A DNA stretch of 49,037 nucleotides from Anaerolineales bacterium (GTDB lineage Bacteria > Chloroflexota > Anaerolineae > Anaerolineales > Villigracilaceae): assembly GCA_027053005.1 (NCBI GenBank), contig JALUEF010000073.1:1-49037 (forward strand). Reading direction: 5' to 3'. Position 1 is the first letter of the stretch, and every line of letters starts with the position of its first letter. The notes under the pieces were generated by a model. That model saw nothing but the letters and a program-made list of their open reading frames with translations, was not told where the DNA came from and ran no database searches. The position numbers and the translations under genes were made by a program. Shown in pieces: positions 1 to 8,541 of the stretch.

Positions 1-2
1 CG

Positions 3-554
3 CCCTCGCCCACCGCCACGTTCATCGTCATCATTCCCACGCCAACAGCCTCCTCCACACCTTTGCCACCGCCTCCCTCCTACAGCAGCGGCGGGACGAC
101 GGGTGACACAACCGACGGAACCGCCTCCACGCCCATCCCTACCGCTGCCGGCGCCGGCTTCTGTGAACTCTTGTTCGTTAGCCCCCTGGGAGAAGCCGCC
201 ATCCGTCCTGGCAGCGACTTCGACGCCGTCTGGGAGCTGAAGAACATCGCCGACCGCCCGTGGGATCACACCTCCATCGACCTGGTGTACATAGATGGCG
301 AGCGAATGCAGAAATTCGATCAAGACATCTTCGACCTGCCCAAATACGTCCAGCCGGGAGAAAGCGTCACCCTGCGCGTAGATATGCGCGCCCCCTTTGT
401 CGCTGGCACCTACACCGCCATCTGGGGGCTGAAAGAAGGCCACGAGATCCGCTGCCAGTTCTCTGTCACCGTCAAGGCCGATGGCACGCCTTACCCCACC
501 TTTACCCCCACCCCCTCGCTAACGCCTTCGCCGACGCCAACCGCCACCCCGTAA
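3..554 (+). CDS. 3' part of a secreted/surface protein: Pro/Thr-rich linkers flanking an Ig-like (NBR1-like) beta domain; the 5' end lies outside the window
   Basis: The frame is open from the window edge to TAA 552-554, with no stop upstream of the ORF-track Met at 63. Both ends are PT/PS low-complexity. The core is ~110 aa and beta-rich ('DFDAVWELKNIADRPW...GTYTAIWGLKEGH'). The fold assignment is from memory only. Confidence 0.5.
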   Translation, partial: PSPTATFIVIIPTPTASSTPLPPPPSYSSGGTTGDTTDGTASTPIPTAAGAGFCELLFVSPLGEAAIRPGSDFDAVWELKNIADRPWDHTSIDLVYIDGERMQKFDQDIFDLPKYVQPGESVTLRVDMRAPFVAGTYTAIWGLKEGHEIRCQFSVTVKADGTPYPTFTPTPSLTPSPTPTATP

Positions 555-567
555 GAAAGGATTGCTC

Positions 568-1530
568 ATGCACTACCGCCGCCTGGGACGTTCTGGCCTG
601 AAGGTCAGCGAAATTTCTCTGGGCGCCTGGGTGACCTTTGGCGCCCAGGTGGATGAACAAAAAGCCACCGACCTGATCCACGCCGCCTACGATGCCGGCA
701 TCAACTTCTTCGACAACGCCGATGTATACGCCGACGGTCTGGCGGAAACCCTGATGGGGCGGGCCATTCGCGGCTTGCCGCGCGAAGGCCTGGTCATTTC
801 CAGCAAGGTGTTCGGCCCCACCATGCCCGGCCCCAACGGACGCGGTCTGTCGCGCAAGCACGTTACCGAATCCATCCATGCCAGCCTCAAACGCCTGGGG
901 GTCGATTACCTGGACCTCTATTTCTGTCACCGCTACGACCCCGATACCCCTCTAGAAGAAGTCGTTTACACGATGGACATGCTCATCCGGCAGGGGAAAA
1001 TCCTGTACTGGGGCACTTCCGAATGGCGCGCCTGGCAGATCGTGGCCGCCTGGCGCATTGCCCGCGAAAATCATCTCGCCCCGCCAGTGATGGAACAGCC
1101 GCAGTACAACATGTTCCACCGCGCGCGCGTTGAATCAGAATTGAGCGCAATCTGCCCTGAATATGGGATTGGCCTCACCACCTGGAGCCCGCTCTCCTTC
1201 GGCCTGCTGAGCGGAAAATACAACCATGGTGTGCCCGCCGACAGCCGCGCAGCCCAGCCGGGTTATGAATGGATGCAAGACCACCTCTCGCCTGAGCGGA
1301 TTGCCACCGTCCGCCAACTGGGCGACCTGGCGCAGGAACTGGGCATGACGACGGCCCAACTCGCCATCGCCTGGCTTTTGCGCCGCAAGGAAGTCAGCAG
1401 CGTCATCACCGGCGCAACCCGCCTGGAACAACTGCAAGAAAACATCCAAGCCGGGCAGCTGCGCACCCTCCTGACGGAAGAGGTACTCGAGCGCATTGAG
1501 CAAATTCTGGGCAACGCGCCGGAAGATTAA
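568..1530 (+). CDS. aldo/keto reductase (Kv-beta-like subfamily)
   Basis: ATG 568 lies 7 nt after 'aagaaagga'. The N-terminus 'MHYRRLGRSGLKVSEISLGAW', 'DNADVYADG' and 'YLDLYFCHRYD' are typical AKR signatures. Confidence 0.9.
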   Translation: MHYRRLGRSGLKVSEISLGAWVTFGAQVDEQKATDLIHAAYDAGINFFDNADVYADGLAETLMGRAIRGLPREGLVISSKVFGPTMPGPNGRGLSRKHVTESIHASLKRLGVDYLDLYFCHRYDPDTPLEEVVYTMDMLIRQGKILYWGTSEWRAWQIVAAWRIARENHLAPPVMEQPQYNMFHRARVESELSAICPEYGIGLTTWSPLSFGLLSGKYNHGVPADSRAAQPGYEWMQDHLSPERIATVRQLGDLAQELGMTTAQLAIAWLLRRKEVSSVITGATRLEQLQENIQAGQLRTLLTEEVLERIEQILGNAPED

Positions 1531-1541
1531 CTCCGGCAAGT

Positions 1542-2357
1542 TCATTCCGCATCCGGGAAGAAGAGCGGCTCTCCGTACACGTCCACGCCAAACCTGCGGA
1601 TGACTTCCTGCGTCTCTGGCGCGACCATAAAACGGGCAAAGGCGCGCGCGCCTTCTGCGTTTACCAGCGGCCATTTTTCCGGGTTCACCGTCATCACATG
1701 GTAGATATTCAACAGCTGCGGATCCCCTGACGACAAAATCTCCAGGCGCAAGGTATCGCGGTTCGCCAGGTAAGTCGCCCGATCGGTGAGCGTGTAACCA
1801 CCCTTTTCCGCGGCGATGCGCAAAGTGGCGCCCATCCCCTGGCCGGATTCGATATACCCCGGCCAGGCCGGGGTGATGCCGGCCTCTTGCCAAATGGCGC
1901 GCTCTTTTTTATGTGTGCCGGAATCGTCACCGCGAGAAACGAAGAGAGCCTGCGCCGCGGCAATGCGATCAAAGGCCGCTGCGGCGGCCCCGGCCTCGCG
2001 CACGCCGGCCGGGTCTTCGGGTGGGCCGACGATGACAAAATCGTTATGCATCACCAGCAGGCGCTCACCGCCATACCCCGCCTGCATGAATTCTTCTTCG
2101 GCCTGCGGCGCGTGGACGAGCAGAACGTCGGCGTCGCCGTTGCGCCCCATTTCCAGGGCTTTTCCGGTGCCAACCGCCACGACCTTGACGCGATAGCCGC
2201 TTTGGGCTTCGAACAATGGGATGAGTACGTCCAGCAAACCGGAATCCTGCGTGCTCGTGGTCGTTGCCAAAATCAATTCCGCCGCTTCCGGCTGAACCGG
2301 CTGACAGGCAGCCAACCCCAAGACGAAAAGGAGCAGCCATTGGAAACCTTTATTCAT
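1542..2357 (-). CDS. periplasmic-type substrate-binding lipoprotein, tungstate/molybdate-like (TupA/WtpA-like PBP fold)
   Basis: Strong RBS GGAGGAGG. Lipoprotein signal 'LLLFVLGLAAC'. 'LILATTTSTQDSGLLDVLIPLFE...VKVVAVGTGKALEMGRNGDADVLLVHAP' matches the TupA-like anion-binding family. Confidence 0.7.
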   Translation of the reverse strand: MNKGFQWLLLFVLGLAACQPVQPEAAELILATTTSTQDSGLLDVLIPLFEAQSGYRVKVVAVGTGKALEMGRNGDADVLLVHAPQAEEEFMQAGYGGERLLVMHNDFVIVGPPEDPAGVREAGAAAAAFDRIAAAQALFVSRGDDSGTHKKERAIWQEAGITPAWPGYIESGQGMGATLRIAAEKGGYTLTDRATYLANRDTLRLEILSSGDPQLLNIYHVMTVNPEKWPLVNAEGARAFARFMVAPETQEVIRRFGVDVYGEPLFFPDAE

Positions 2358-2416
2358 GCGCCTCCTCCGCGAAGAAATAGGCTTCCAGTATAATCCTGCG
2401 GAAAAGGACGTGTCAA

Positions 2417-3076
2417 ATGCTGAATTTGAAAAAAGTCTTCGCTCGTCTCCCTGTGGCCCGTTCCACGCGCGCTTATGAATTCGGCCTGGATCTACTGCCC
2501 GGACTGCCAGCTGCCCCTCGCTTGCTGGAAATCGGCACGGGGCAAGGCTACAGCGCCGCCTGGCTCAGCCGCCGCTTTCCGCAGGGACAGGTGCTCTCTC
2601 TGGACATTCAGCGCACCTGCCTGAAGCGAGAAAATCTGGCCTTCGGCCCCCGCCGCCCAGATTTTATCCAGGCAACCGCTCCATCCCTGCCGCTGGCCGC
2701 TGCCAGTTGCGATGCTGTTCTGCTGGTCATGACCTTCCACTGTCTGCCAGCGCCGCAACAGGTGATACACGAAGCAGCGCGCGTCCTGCGCCCCGGCGGC
2801 TGGCTGCTGCTGGCCGATGTCAACGGCCAGCACTGGCTGAAAACGCCCTTTGAATGGGTCGAACACATCGGCATCAGCCCCCTGACCAAAGCCTACACCG
2901 CCGGTGAAATCGACGCCCTTTGCCAGCACGCCGGCCTCAGCCAGCGACAGGCCCACTGGCGCCCAGGGAAAGAAGGCGGCTTTATGATGTGGTTCACAGC
3001 CCGCAAACCAGAGGGCCACACCATCGATGCGCAGGCTGCGCCTATCACCCCGCCAGGGAGATCACAAGGTCTCTGA
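2417..3076 (+). CDS. class I SAM-dependent methyltransferase
   Basis: Motif I 'LLEIGTGQGYSA', then 'VLSLDI' and 'LRPGGWLLLAD' (Methyltransf_11-like). Confidence 0.8.
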   Translation: MLNLKKVFARLPVARSTRAYEFGLDLLPGLPAAPRLLEIGTGQGYSAAWLSRRFPQGQVLSLDIQRTCLKRENLAFGPRRPDFIQATAPSLPLAAASCDAVLLVMTFHCLPAPQQVIHEAARVLRPGGWLLLADVNGQHWLKTPFEWVEHIGISPLTKAYTAGEIDALCQHAGLSQRQAHWRPGKEGGFMMWFTARKPEGHTIDAQAAPITPPGRSQGL

Positions 3077-3805
3077 AGGCTCCAAAGCGTGTCCGCCAAG
3101 ATAGCCGATATAGGCCGGCACCAGCGGCAAGACACAGGGGGAAAGAAAAGAAACCAGCCCGGCCAGAATAGCCAGGAAATAGGTCGGCGTTACCTCTGCC
3201 GCCAGAGGCAAATCGGGGAAAAACCCGTTTCGCTGGGCCCAAATGGCAATGGCGGTTAACTGGTTGGTAAACAACATCAACCCAATGACCAGCAAAAACA
3301 CCCCGTTGATAATTTGAATGCTACGCATATAACGGCGGAAACGCTGCACCATCTCACTGGCGCGCCCAATTCCGGCGCCAATTGCCAGGAACGGAAGGGC
3401 CAATCCGAGCGCATACCCGCTGGACAAAACCATCGCCTGGACGCTGTTTTGCGCGCTCAACCCCATGGTCAAGATCGCGCCTAGCGTCGTTCCAATACAG
3501 GGCGTCCACCCTGCTGCAAAGAAAACCCCCATCAGCACGGAAGCCGCCACCCCCCGGCGCTTTCCGGCAACAAAATCTGGCCGCGTATCATAGGCCAGCG
3601 CCGGAATATGAATCAATCCCAGCGTATGCAAGCCGAAAGCCATAACGACAACGCCCCCAATCTTGGCTAGCAAGAGTTTGTAACTCCCAAACGCCCGCCC
3701 CAACAAAGTAGCGGAACCACCCCAGCCGATCACAAAAACGAGGGAAAAACCCACCACAAAGGCCAGGGCATGAAGAAAAACACGGGTTCGTTGGCTTGCG
3801 TTCAT
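3062..3805 (-). CDS. ccdA: CcdA/DsbD-family cytochrome c biogenesis thiol-reductant transporter, circularly permuted
   Basis: ATG 3805 follows GAAGGG. 'AAGWTPCIGTTLG' sits mid-protein and 'SFLSPCVLPLVPAYIGYLGG' at the extreme C-terminus. About six hydrophobic helices. Confidence 0.8.
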   Translation of the reverse strand: MNASQRTRVFLHALAFVVGFSLVFVIGWGGSATLLGRAFGSYKLLLAKIGGVVVMAFGLHTLGLIHIPALAYDTRPDFVAGKRRGVAASVLMGVFFAAGWTPCIGTTLGAILTMGLSAQNSVQAMVLSSGYALGLALPFLAIGAGIGRASEMVQRFRRYMRSIQIINGVFLLVIGLMLFTNQLTAIAIWAQRNGFFPDLPLAAEVTPTYFLAILAGLVSFLSPCVLPLVPAYIGYLGGHALEPSETL

Positions 3806-4024
3806 GGTTGCCCTTCTTTCCAAAAAATTACCGGTGACATTTCAGCCGCGCTCACTATAAAGTAAAGCCGTCTTTTTTTCCAGCCTTTAGAGCGCAAAAA
3901 ACACGGGCATTTTTGCCTGTTTGCCGTGTCTTGTTTAAGTCATCTATTTCATGTATGCTAATTGGGAAACCAATGGTCGTTCCCATTCCGCTCATCTCCG
4001 ATCATCATCAGGAGAACCCCTAAA

Positions 4025-4516
4025 ATGACAAAAAAAGCCTGGCTCATTCCCACCCTCTTCCTGGTCGGAAGCCTTCTGTTTGCAGCCTGCCTTCCCGGCG
4101 GCAACGGGTTGGACTGGCCCGGCCGTACATTTGATTCCAATGGCGCCCGCATTTTCTACACAGCCACCAATGAAAATGGTGAACGCATCCGCTACAGCGG
4201 CGGGCCAGCGGCCGGCGGCATGATGGGCGGAGGGTTGGCCTGCGCCTCCTGCCACGGCCCGGATGGTCGTGGTGGAGAACGCTATATTCACATGCAAACC
4301 ATCAACGCACCCGATATTCGTTATGTCGCCCTGGCCGCCGATGAAGGCGAAGGCGGGCACGAAGGCGCAGAAACTTACGATCTGGAAACCTTCCGCATGG
4401 CTGTTGTCGAGGGGCGTCATCCCGATGGCGAACGCCTCGATAGCATAATGCCTCGCTGGCAATTAAGCGATCAAGACCTGGCTGACTTGCTAGAGTTTTT
4501 GAAAACACTTCCTTGA
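4025..4516 (+). CDS. monoheme c-type cytochrome, lipoprotein
   Basis: ATG 4025 follows 'caggaga'. Signal/lipobox 'LFLVGSLLFAAC'. Heme motif 'CASCH'; the candidate Met ligand is in 'DSIMPRW'. Confidence 0.8.
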   Translation: MTKKAWLIPTLFLVGSLLFAACLPGGNGLDWPGRTFDSNGARIFYTATNENGERIRYSGGPAAGGMMGGGLACASCHGPDGRGGERYIHMQTINAPDIRYVALAADEGEGGHEGAETYDLETFRMAVVEGRHPDGERLDSIMPRWQLSDQDLADLLEFLKTLP

Positions 4517-4550
4517 AACCAACCCGCCGCTGCGGCAGATTGGTTTTCTT
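4517..4550 (+). terminator. possible intrinsic terminator after the cytochrome c gene
   Basis: 'aaccaa'(4517-4522)...'ttggtt'(4540-4545) with an inner ccgc/gcgg pairing, followed by 'ttttctt'. The stem is weak. Confidence 0.35.
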
Positions 4551-4579
4551 GCCTTCCCGTGCACAGTAAAGCGTTTTTT

Positions 4580-5059
4580 ATGTCCTTTGGCTCCGCCGCC
4601 CTCAAAAAAGACCTGGAAACCTGGTATCGCTTGCCGGTGGAAATCACCGTCACTGCCAATCATTTGCATCGGGTACAATTTGCCGGGCTGACCCTGCCCC
4701 ACCCGGGTGTAGTCAACTGGATTTCACGCCGGGGGCATCCGCTGGCAACGCGCCTGGAACTGACCGCCCTGCATGAATATGGACATTTGCAAACCCTCCC
4801 TGTTCCCATCCTGCACTTGCTCTTCGTTCTCTGGCCGCGAGATGGCGCGCCAACCATATCAGGATGGCGACGTCTGGTCGGCATCTTGTTGTCCCACCAG
4901 GTTATCTGGGAGATAGCATCAGAAGCCTACGTCGCCACCCACGATCGACGCGCAACCTGCGGCCCGCGCTCCAGACAGGACAAAACACTCTATGCCATAT
5001 TCTGGGGCGGGATGGCGTTGCTCGGCCTCTGGAGCACGCGCCAGTCCATTAAACGGTAA
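4580..5059 (+). CDS. small membrane protein with HExxH motif (putative membrane zincin, DUF3267-like)
   Basis: ATG 4580. 'TALHEYGHLQT' immediately precedes hydrophobic helices 'VPILHLLFVLW' and 'LYAIFWGGMALLGLW'. Confidence 0.5.
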   Translation: MSFGSAALKKDLETWYRLPVEITVTANHLHRVQFAGLTLPHPGVVNWISRRGHPLATRLELTALHEYGHLQTLPVPILHLLFVLWPRDGAPTISGWRRLVGILLSHQVIWEIASEAYVATHDRRATCGPRSRQDKTLYAIFWGGMALLGLWSTRQSIKR

Positions 5060-5061
5060 GA

Positions 5062-5093
5062 CCTGCGCCACGAAGGCGCAGGCTTTTCTCTTT
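5062..5093 (+). terminator. intrinsic terminator
   Basis: Perfect 8-bp stem cctgcgcc(5062-5069)/ggcgcagg(5075-5082), 5-nt loop, then 'cttttctcttt'. Confidence 0.65.
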
Positions 5094-5106
5094 CGGCACA
5101 GCGCTT

Positions 5107-5352
5107 TCAGGCACTGAGGTCACGCCGAGCCTGTTCGAATTCCTCCCGGCTGATTTCGCCGCGTGCATAACGCTGGGCCAGGATCTCCTGTGCAGAGACA
5201 GGGCGCTGCGGTGCCCTCGGCGTTCGTCCGTGTGTTGTCGCTGCACCAGCCAGGCCGCGGGCCAGCCAGAAGCCTCCAAAGAGCAGGGCGCCCCAGAAGA
5301 GCAGCATCCAAACCAGGCCCGCCCCGGCAAAACTCATTCCAATACCCATCAT
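5107..5352 (-). CDS. SHOCT-domain membrane protein
   Basis: ATGATG at 5352 follows AAGGAG. One N-terminal TM ('LVWMLLFWGALLFGGFWLA'). C-terminal 'AQRYARGEISREEFEQARRDL' is a SHOCT motif. Confidence 0.75.
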   Translation of the reverse strand: MMGIGMSFAGAGLVWMLLFWGALLFGGFWLARGLAGAATTHGRTPRAPQRPVSAQEILAQRYARGEISREEFEQARRDLSA

Positions 5353-5377
5353 CTTGACCACGCTCCTTTCAGAGAAT

Positions 5378-5632
5378 TTAGCGCAAGGTCTCGCGCATGT
5401 TGAGGTATTCGTCCTGGCTGATCTCACCGCGCGCGTACCGCACCTTCAGGATATCCAAAGGTGAAACGCCGCCGACGGCTGCATTCCCGTTGCCGGCGTC
5501 TGCCAGGCGACGGACGCTCCACGCCACCAGCCAGATCACTGCCAGGAAAACCAGCAGGTTGAGCGCCAAACCGACCCAACCATAAGTGCCGTTGTATCCC
5601 AGGCAATTGCCGAACCATCCGAGTCCCATCAT
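5378..5632 (-). CDS. SHOCT-domain membrane protein (paralog of 5107-5352)
   Basis: ATGATG at 5632 follows AAGGAG. TM 'VGLALNLLVFLAVIWLVAW'. C-terminal 'KVRYARGEISQDEYLNMRETL'. Confidence 0.75.
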   Translation of the reverse strand: MMGLGWFGNCLGYNGTYGWVGLALNLLVFLAVIWLVAWSVRRLADAGNGNAAVGGVSPLDILKVRYARGEISQDEYLNMRETLR

Positions 5633-5880
5633 ACTAAAATCTCCTTTCGTCTTGGTTTGTGCCTGTATCTTAAGCAGGGTTTGTAAAGTTTCCTTAAAGG
5701 CCGCTTGAAGGTTTGGCAAAAACCACCCAACCGCGCCCCTGCCCCGGGCCCGCAATGGCGGCGCCAGAGCATGAATTTTGCTACAATGCATGCCCTGGCT
5801 GCGCGCGGCGGTGGTTGGGGAACATCGTTTTCAGGGGAAACGTGTTGTAATCAGCAAGCAACTTCGAAGGAGGTAGAGAA

Positions 5881-8442
5881 ATGAAACGATGGCAAAAGAT
5901 TGGCCTGGGTACGGTGGTGCTGGCGGCCTTGCTCCTGGCTGGCGTGTTTTATTGGTTCCGTGTGTACCTGCCCCAGCAGGTGGCGCCCCGGTCTTTCCCG
6001 CAGGTGGAGGGCGAACTGCAAGCCGAAGGCTTGCTGGAGCCGGTGGATATCGTGCGGGATGAAATGGGCATCCCGCATATTTACGCCCAAACCATGCACG
6101 ATCTCTTCTTCGCCCAGGGCTATGTCCACGCACAGGATCGCTTCTGGCAGATGGACTTCTGGCGGCACGTGGGCAGCGGACAGTTATCCGAAATGTTTGG
6201 CGAAAGCCAGCTGGATACCGACAAATTCCTGCGCACGATGGGGTGGCGGCAGGTGGCCGAAATGGAGTATGAGCAGCTGGATGCGCGCTCGCGCGCCATT
6301 CTGGACGCTTATGCCGAGGGGGTGAATGCCTACCTCCAAGGACGGGAGCCGGAGGCGCTTTCATTGGAATATAAGGTGCTGGCGCTGCTCAATCGTGATT
6401 ACCGCATCCAGCCCTGGACACCGGTGGATTCGCTGGTCTGGGGGAAGGCAATGGCCTGGGACCTGCGCGGCAACATGGATAATGAAATCGCCCGGGCCGT
6501 GCTGCTGGGCAGCCTGCCGCCGGAACAGGTGGATTTGCTCTACCCGCCTTACCCGCAGGATCTGCCGACCATTGTGACCCAACCCTGGGGTGACCGAGCC
6601 GCCTCTCAGGATGCGCAGGCCGCCGCAGCGGCCCGCAGCCTGGACGCCGCAGTCTGGGATCAGCTGCAATCCCGTTTCCAGGCGCTGGATGCGCTCATCG
6701 GGGAGACCGGGATCGGCGTGGGATCCAATTCCTGGGCGTTGAGCGGGGAGTGGACGACCACCGGCAAGCCGATGCTGGCAAACGACCCCCATCTGAGCAT
6801 TCAGATGCCCTCGATCTGGTATCAGATCACCCTGCATTGCCAGCCGGTGGACGCAGAATGCCCGTTTTCTGTGGGCGGCTTTTCGTTTGCCGGTGTGCCG
6901 GGCGTGATCATCGGGCATAATGAACGTGTGGCCTGGGGGTTCACCAACGTAGACCCGGACGTCATGGACCTGTACATCGAGAAGATCAACCCAGATAATC
7001 CGCTGCAGTATGAATACCAGGGCGAATGGGTAGATTTTGAAACCCGCGAAGAGACCATCGCCGTTGCCGGCGGCGAACCGGTGACCATTACGGTTCTCAG
7101 TTCGCGCCACGGCCCGATTATCTCGGACGTGTACGGCCCGCTGAAAGATGAAGTTGATACAAAAGAAAACCCGGATGCGCAGCCCTTCCGCGATCAGGCC
7201 GGCATTGACCTGCCGGAACATTACGCCATCGCCCTTTCGTGGACGGCGCTGAGGCCCTCGACGCCTTTCGAGGCCATTTGGGGGTTCAACATGGCGCAAA
7301 ACTGGGAGGCGTTTCGCCAGGCGGCGAGTTCGTTCCATGTTCCGGCGCAAAACCTGGTCTATGCCGATGTCGATGGCAACATTGGCTATCAAATGCCTGG
7401 CCTGGTTCCCATTCGCAAAGCGGGCGATGGTCGCTTGCCGGTGCCGGGATGGACTGGAGAATACGATTGGGCCGGCTACATCCCCTTCGAAGATTTGCCC
7501 TCAGCCTTCAACCCGCCGGAAGGGTACATCGTCACAGCCAACAACCGGGTGCCGCCCTGGGATTACCCCTACCTGATTACCACCGACTGGACCTATGGCT
7601 TTCGGGCGGCGCGCATTCTCGACATGCTGGCTGCCATGCCCGGCAAGGTAAGCGCAGAAGACATTAAGGTAATGCAGTTTGACGCCAAAAACATGAACGC
7701 CGAGCGTTTGACGCCAATTTTGCTGTCTTTGCCCATGGAAGGAGAAGAGGCCGACGTGCGCGACCGCTTCCTGGCCTCCTGGGATTATCAGAACCGTGCC
7801 GATTCGCAGTCGGCTGCTGTCTTTGCCTACTTCTGGCAGCGGCTGCTGCTGGATACGTTTGCCGACGACTTGCCGGAAGCGTACTGGCCGGAAGGCGGGG
7901 AGCGCTGGATGCAGGTCATGCGCCTGCTGATAGATGAGCCGGATCATCCGTTTTGGGATGATGTCACCACGCCCGAGCGTGAGAACCGGGATGATATCTT
8001 CTTGCGCGCTTGGGAGGAGACGGTGGCAGATTTGCGCGCCGACTACGGTCGTGATCCAGCCGACTGGCCCGCCTGGGGCGATTTGCACGTCGCTGTTTTT
8101 CGCAACCAGACACTGGGCATGTCGGGCGTTGGTTTGATCGAAGACCTCTTCAACCGCGGGCCGTATGCTGCTGCAGGCGGCAAAGGGTTGGTCAACGCCA
8201 CCGGCTGGAAAGTGACAGAAGGCTTCGAGGTCACCTGGTTGCCCTCCATGCGCATGATCGTCGACCTGGGCGATCTGAATGCCTCTGAAACAGTGCACAC
8301 AACGGGCCAGTCGGGCCATGCCTTTCATCCGCATTATGACGATATGGCGCCGTTGTGGGCAGCTGGTGAATACTACCCAATGTGGTGGGATGAGGCGGAT
8401 GTGCGCACGCACGCCGAGGGAACGTTACGCCTGGTTCCATAA
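5881..8442 (+). CDS. penicillin acylase / acyl-homoserine-lactone acylase family Ntn hydrolase
   Basis: RBS AGGAGG. N-terminal TM/signal. 'DRFWQMD' in the alpha chain. 'GVGSNSWALSG' carries the Ser nucleophile at the beta-chain start. Length is 853 aa. Confidence 0.9.
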   Translation: MKRWQKIGLGTVVLAALLLAGVFYWFRVYLPQQVAPRSFPQVEGELQAEGLLEPVDIVRDEMGIPHIYAQTMHDLFFAQGYVHAQDRFWQMDFWRHVGSGQLSEMFGESQLDTDKFLRTMGWRQVAEMEYEQLDARSRAILDAYAEGVNAYLQGREPEALSLEYKVLALLNRDYRIQPWTPVDSLVWGKAMAWDLRGNMDNEIARAVLLGSLPPEQVDLLYPPYPQDLPTIVTQPWGDRAASQDAQAAAAARSLDAAVWDQLQSRFQALDALIGETGIGVGSNSWALSGEWTTTGKPMLANDPHLSIQMPSIWYQITLHCQPVDAECPFSVGGFSFAGVPGVIIGHNERVAWGFTNVDPDVMDLYIEKINPDNPLQYEYQGEWVDFETREETIAVAGGEPVTITVLSSRHGPIISDVYGPLKDEVDTKENPDAQPFRDQAGIDLPEHYAIALSWTALRPSTPFEAIWGFNMAQNWEAFRQAASSFHVPAQNLVYADVDGNIGYQMPGLVPIRKAGDGRLPVPGWTGEYDWAGYIPFEDLPSAFNPPEGYIVTANNRVPPWDYPYLITTDWTYGFRAARILDMLAAMPGKVSAEDIKVMQFDAKNMNAERLTPILLSLPMEGEEADVRDRFLASWDYQNRADSQSAAVFAYFWQRLLLDTFADDLPEAYWPEGGERWMQVMRLLIDEPDHPFWDDVTTPERENRDDIFLRAWEETVADLRADYGRDPADWPAWGDLHVAVFRNQTLGMSGVGLIEDLFNRGPYAAAGGKGLVNATGWKVTEGFEVTWLPSMRMIVDLGDLNASETVHTTGQSGHAFHPHYDDMAPLWAAGEYYPMWWDEADVRTHAEGTLRLVP

Positions 8443-8459
8443 AGGGCGCTTCTGATGAG

Positions 8460-8504
8460 CACAGCCGCCTCTTCTTCGGGGCGGCTGTGTTGCGGTTTTA
8501 TTTT
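8460..8504 (+). terminator. intrinsic terminator
   Basis: 10-bp perfect stem cacagccgcc(8460-8469)/ggcggctgtg(8480-8489), followed by 'ttgcggttttatttt'. Confidence 0.65.
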
Positions 8505-8541
8505 CACCTATTTTTACCCAAAATGCCTTTATAATAAAAAC

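Noticed and set aside
8455-8541. ORF-track N-terminal extensions: E1 at 8455, thrC at 23952, cytochrome c at 3962, crotonase at 22917, ctaB at 40813, FGE at 41984, crp at 46428, arsC at 17171
   Set aside because: The extensions lack homology-like sequence and several run through terminators or neighbouring genes. In each case an internal ATG with a good Shine-Dalgarno gives the canonical protein N-terminus.
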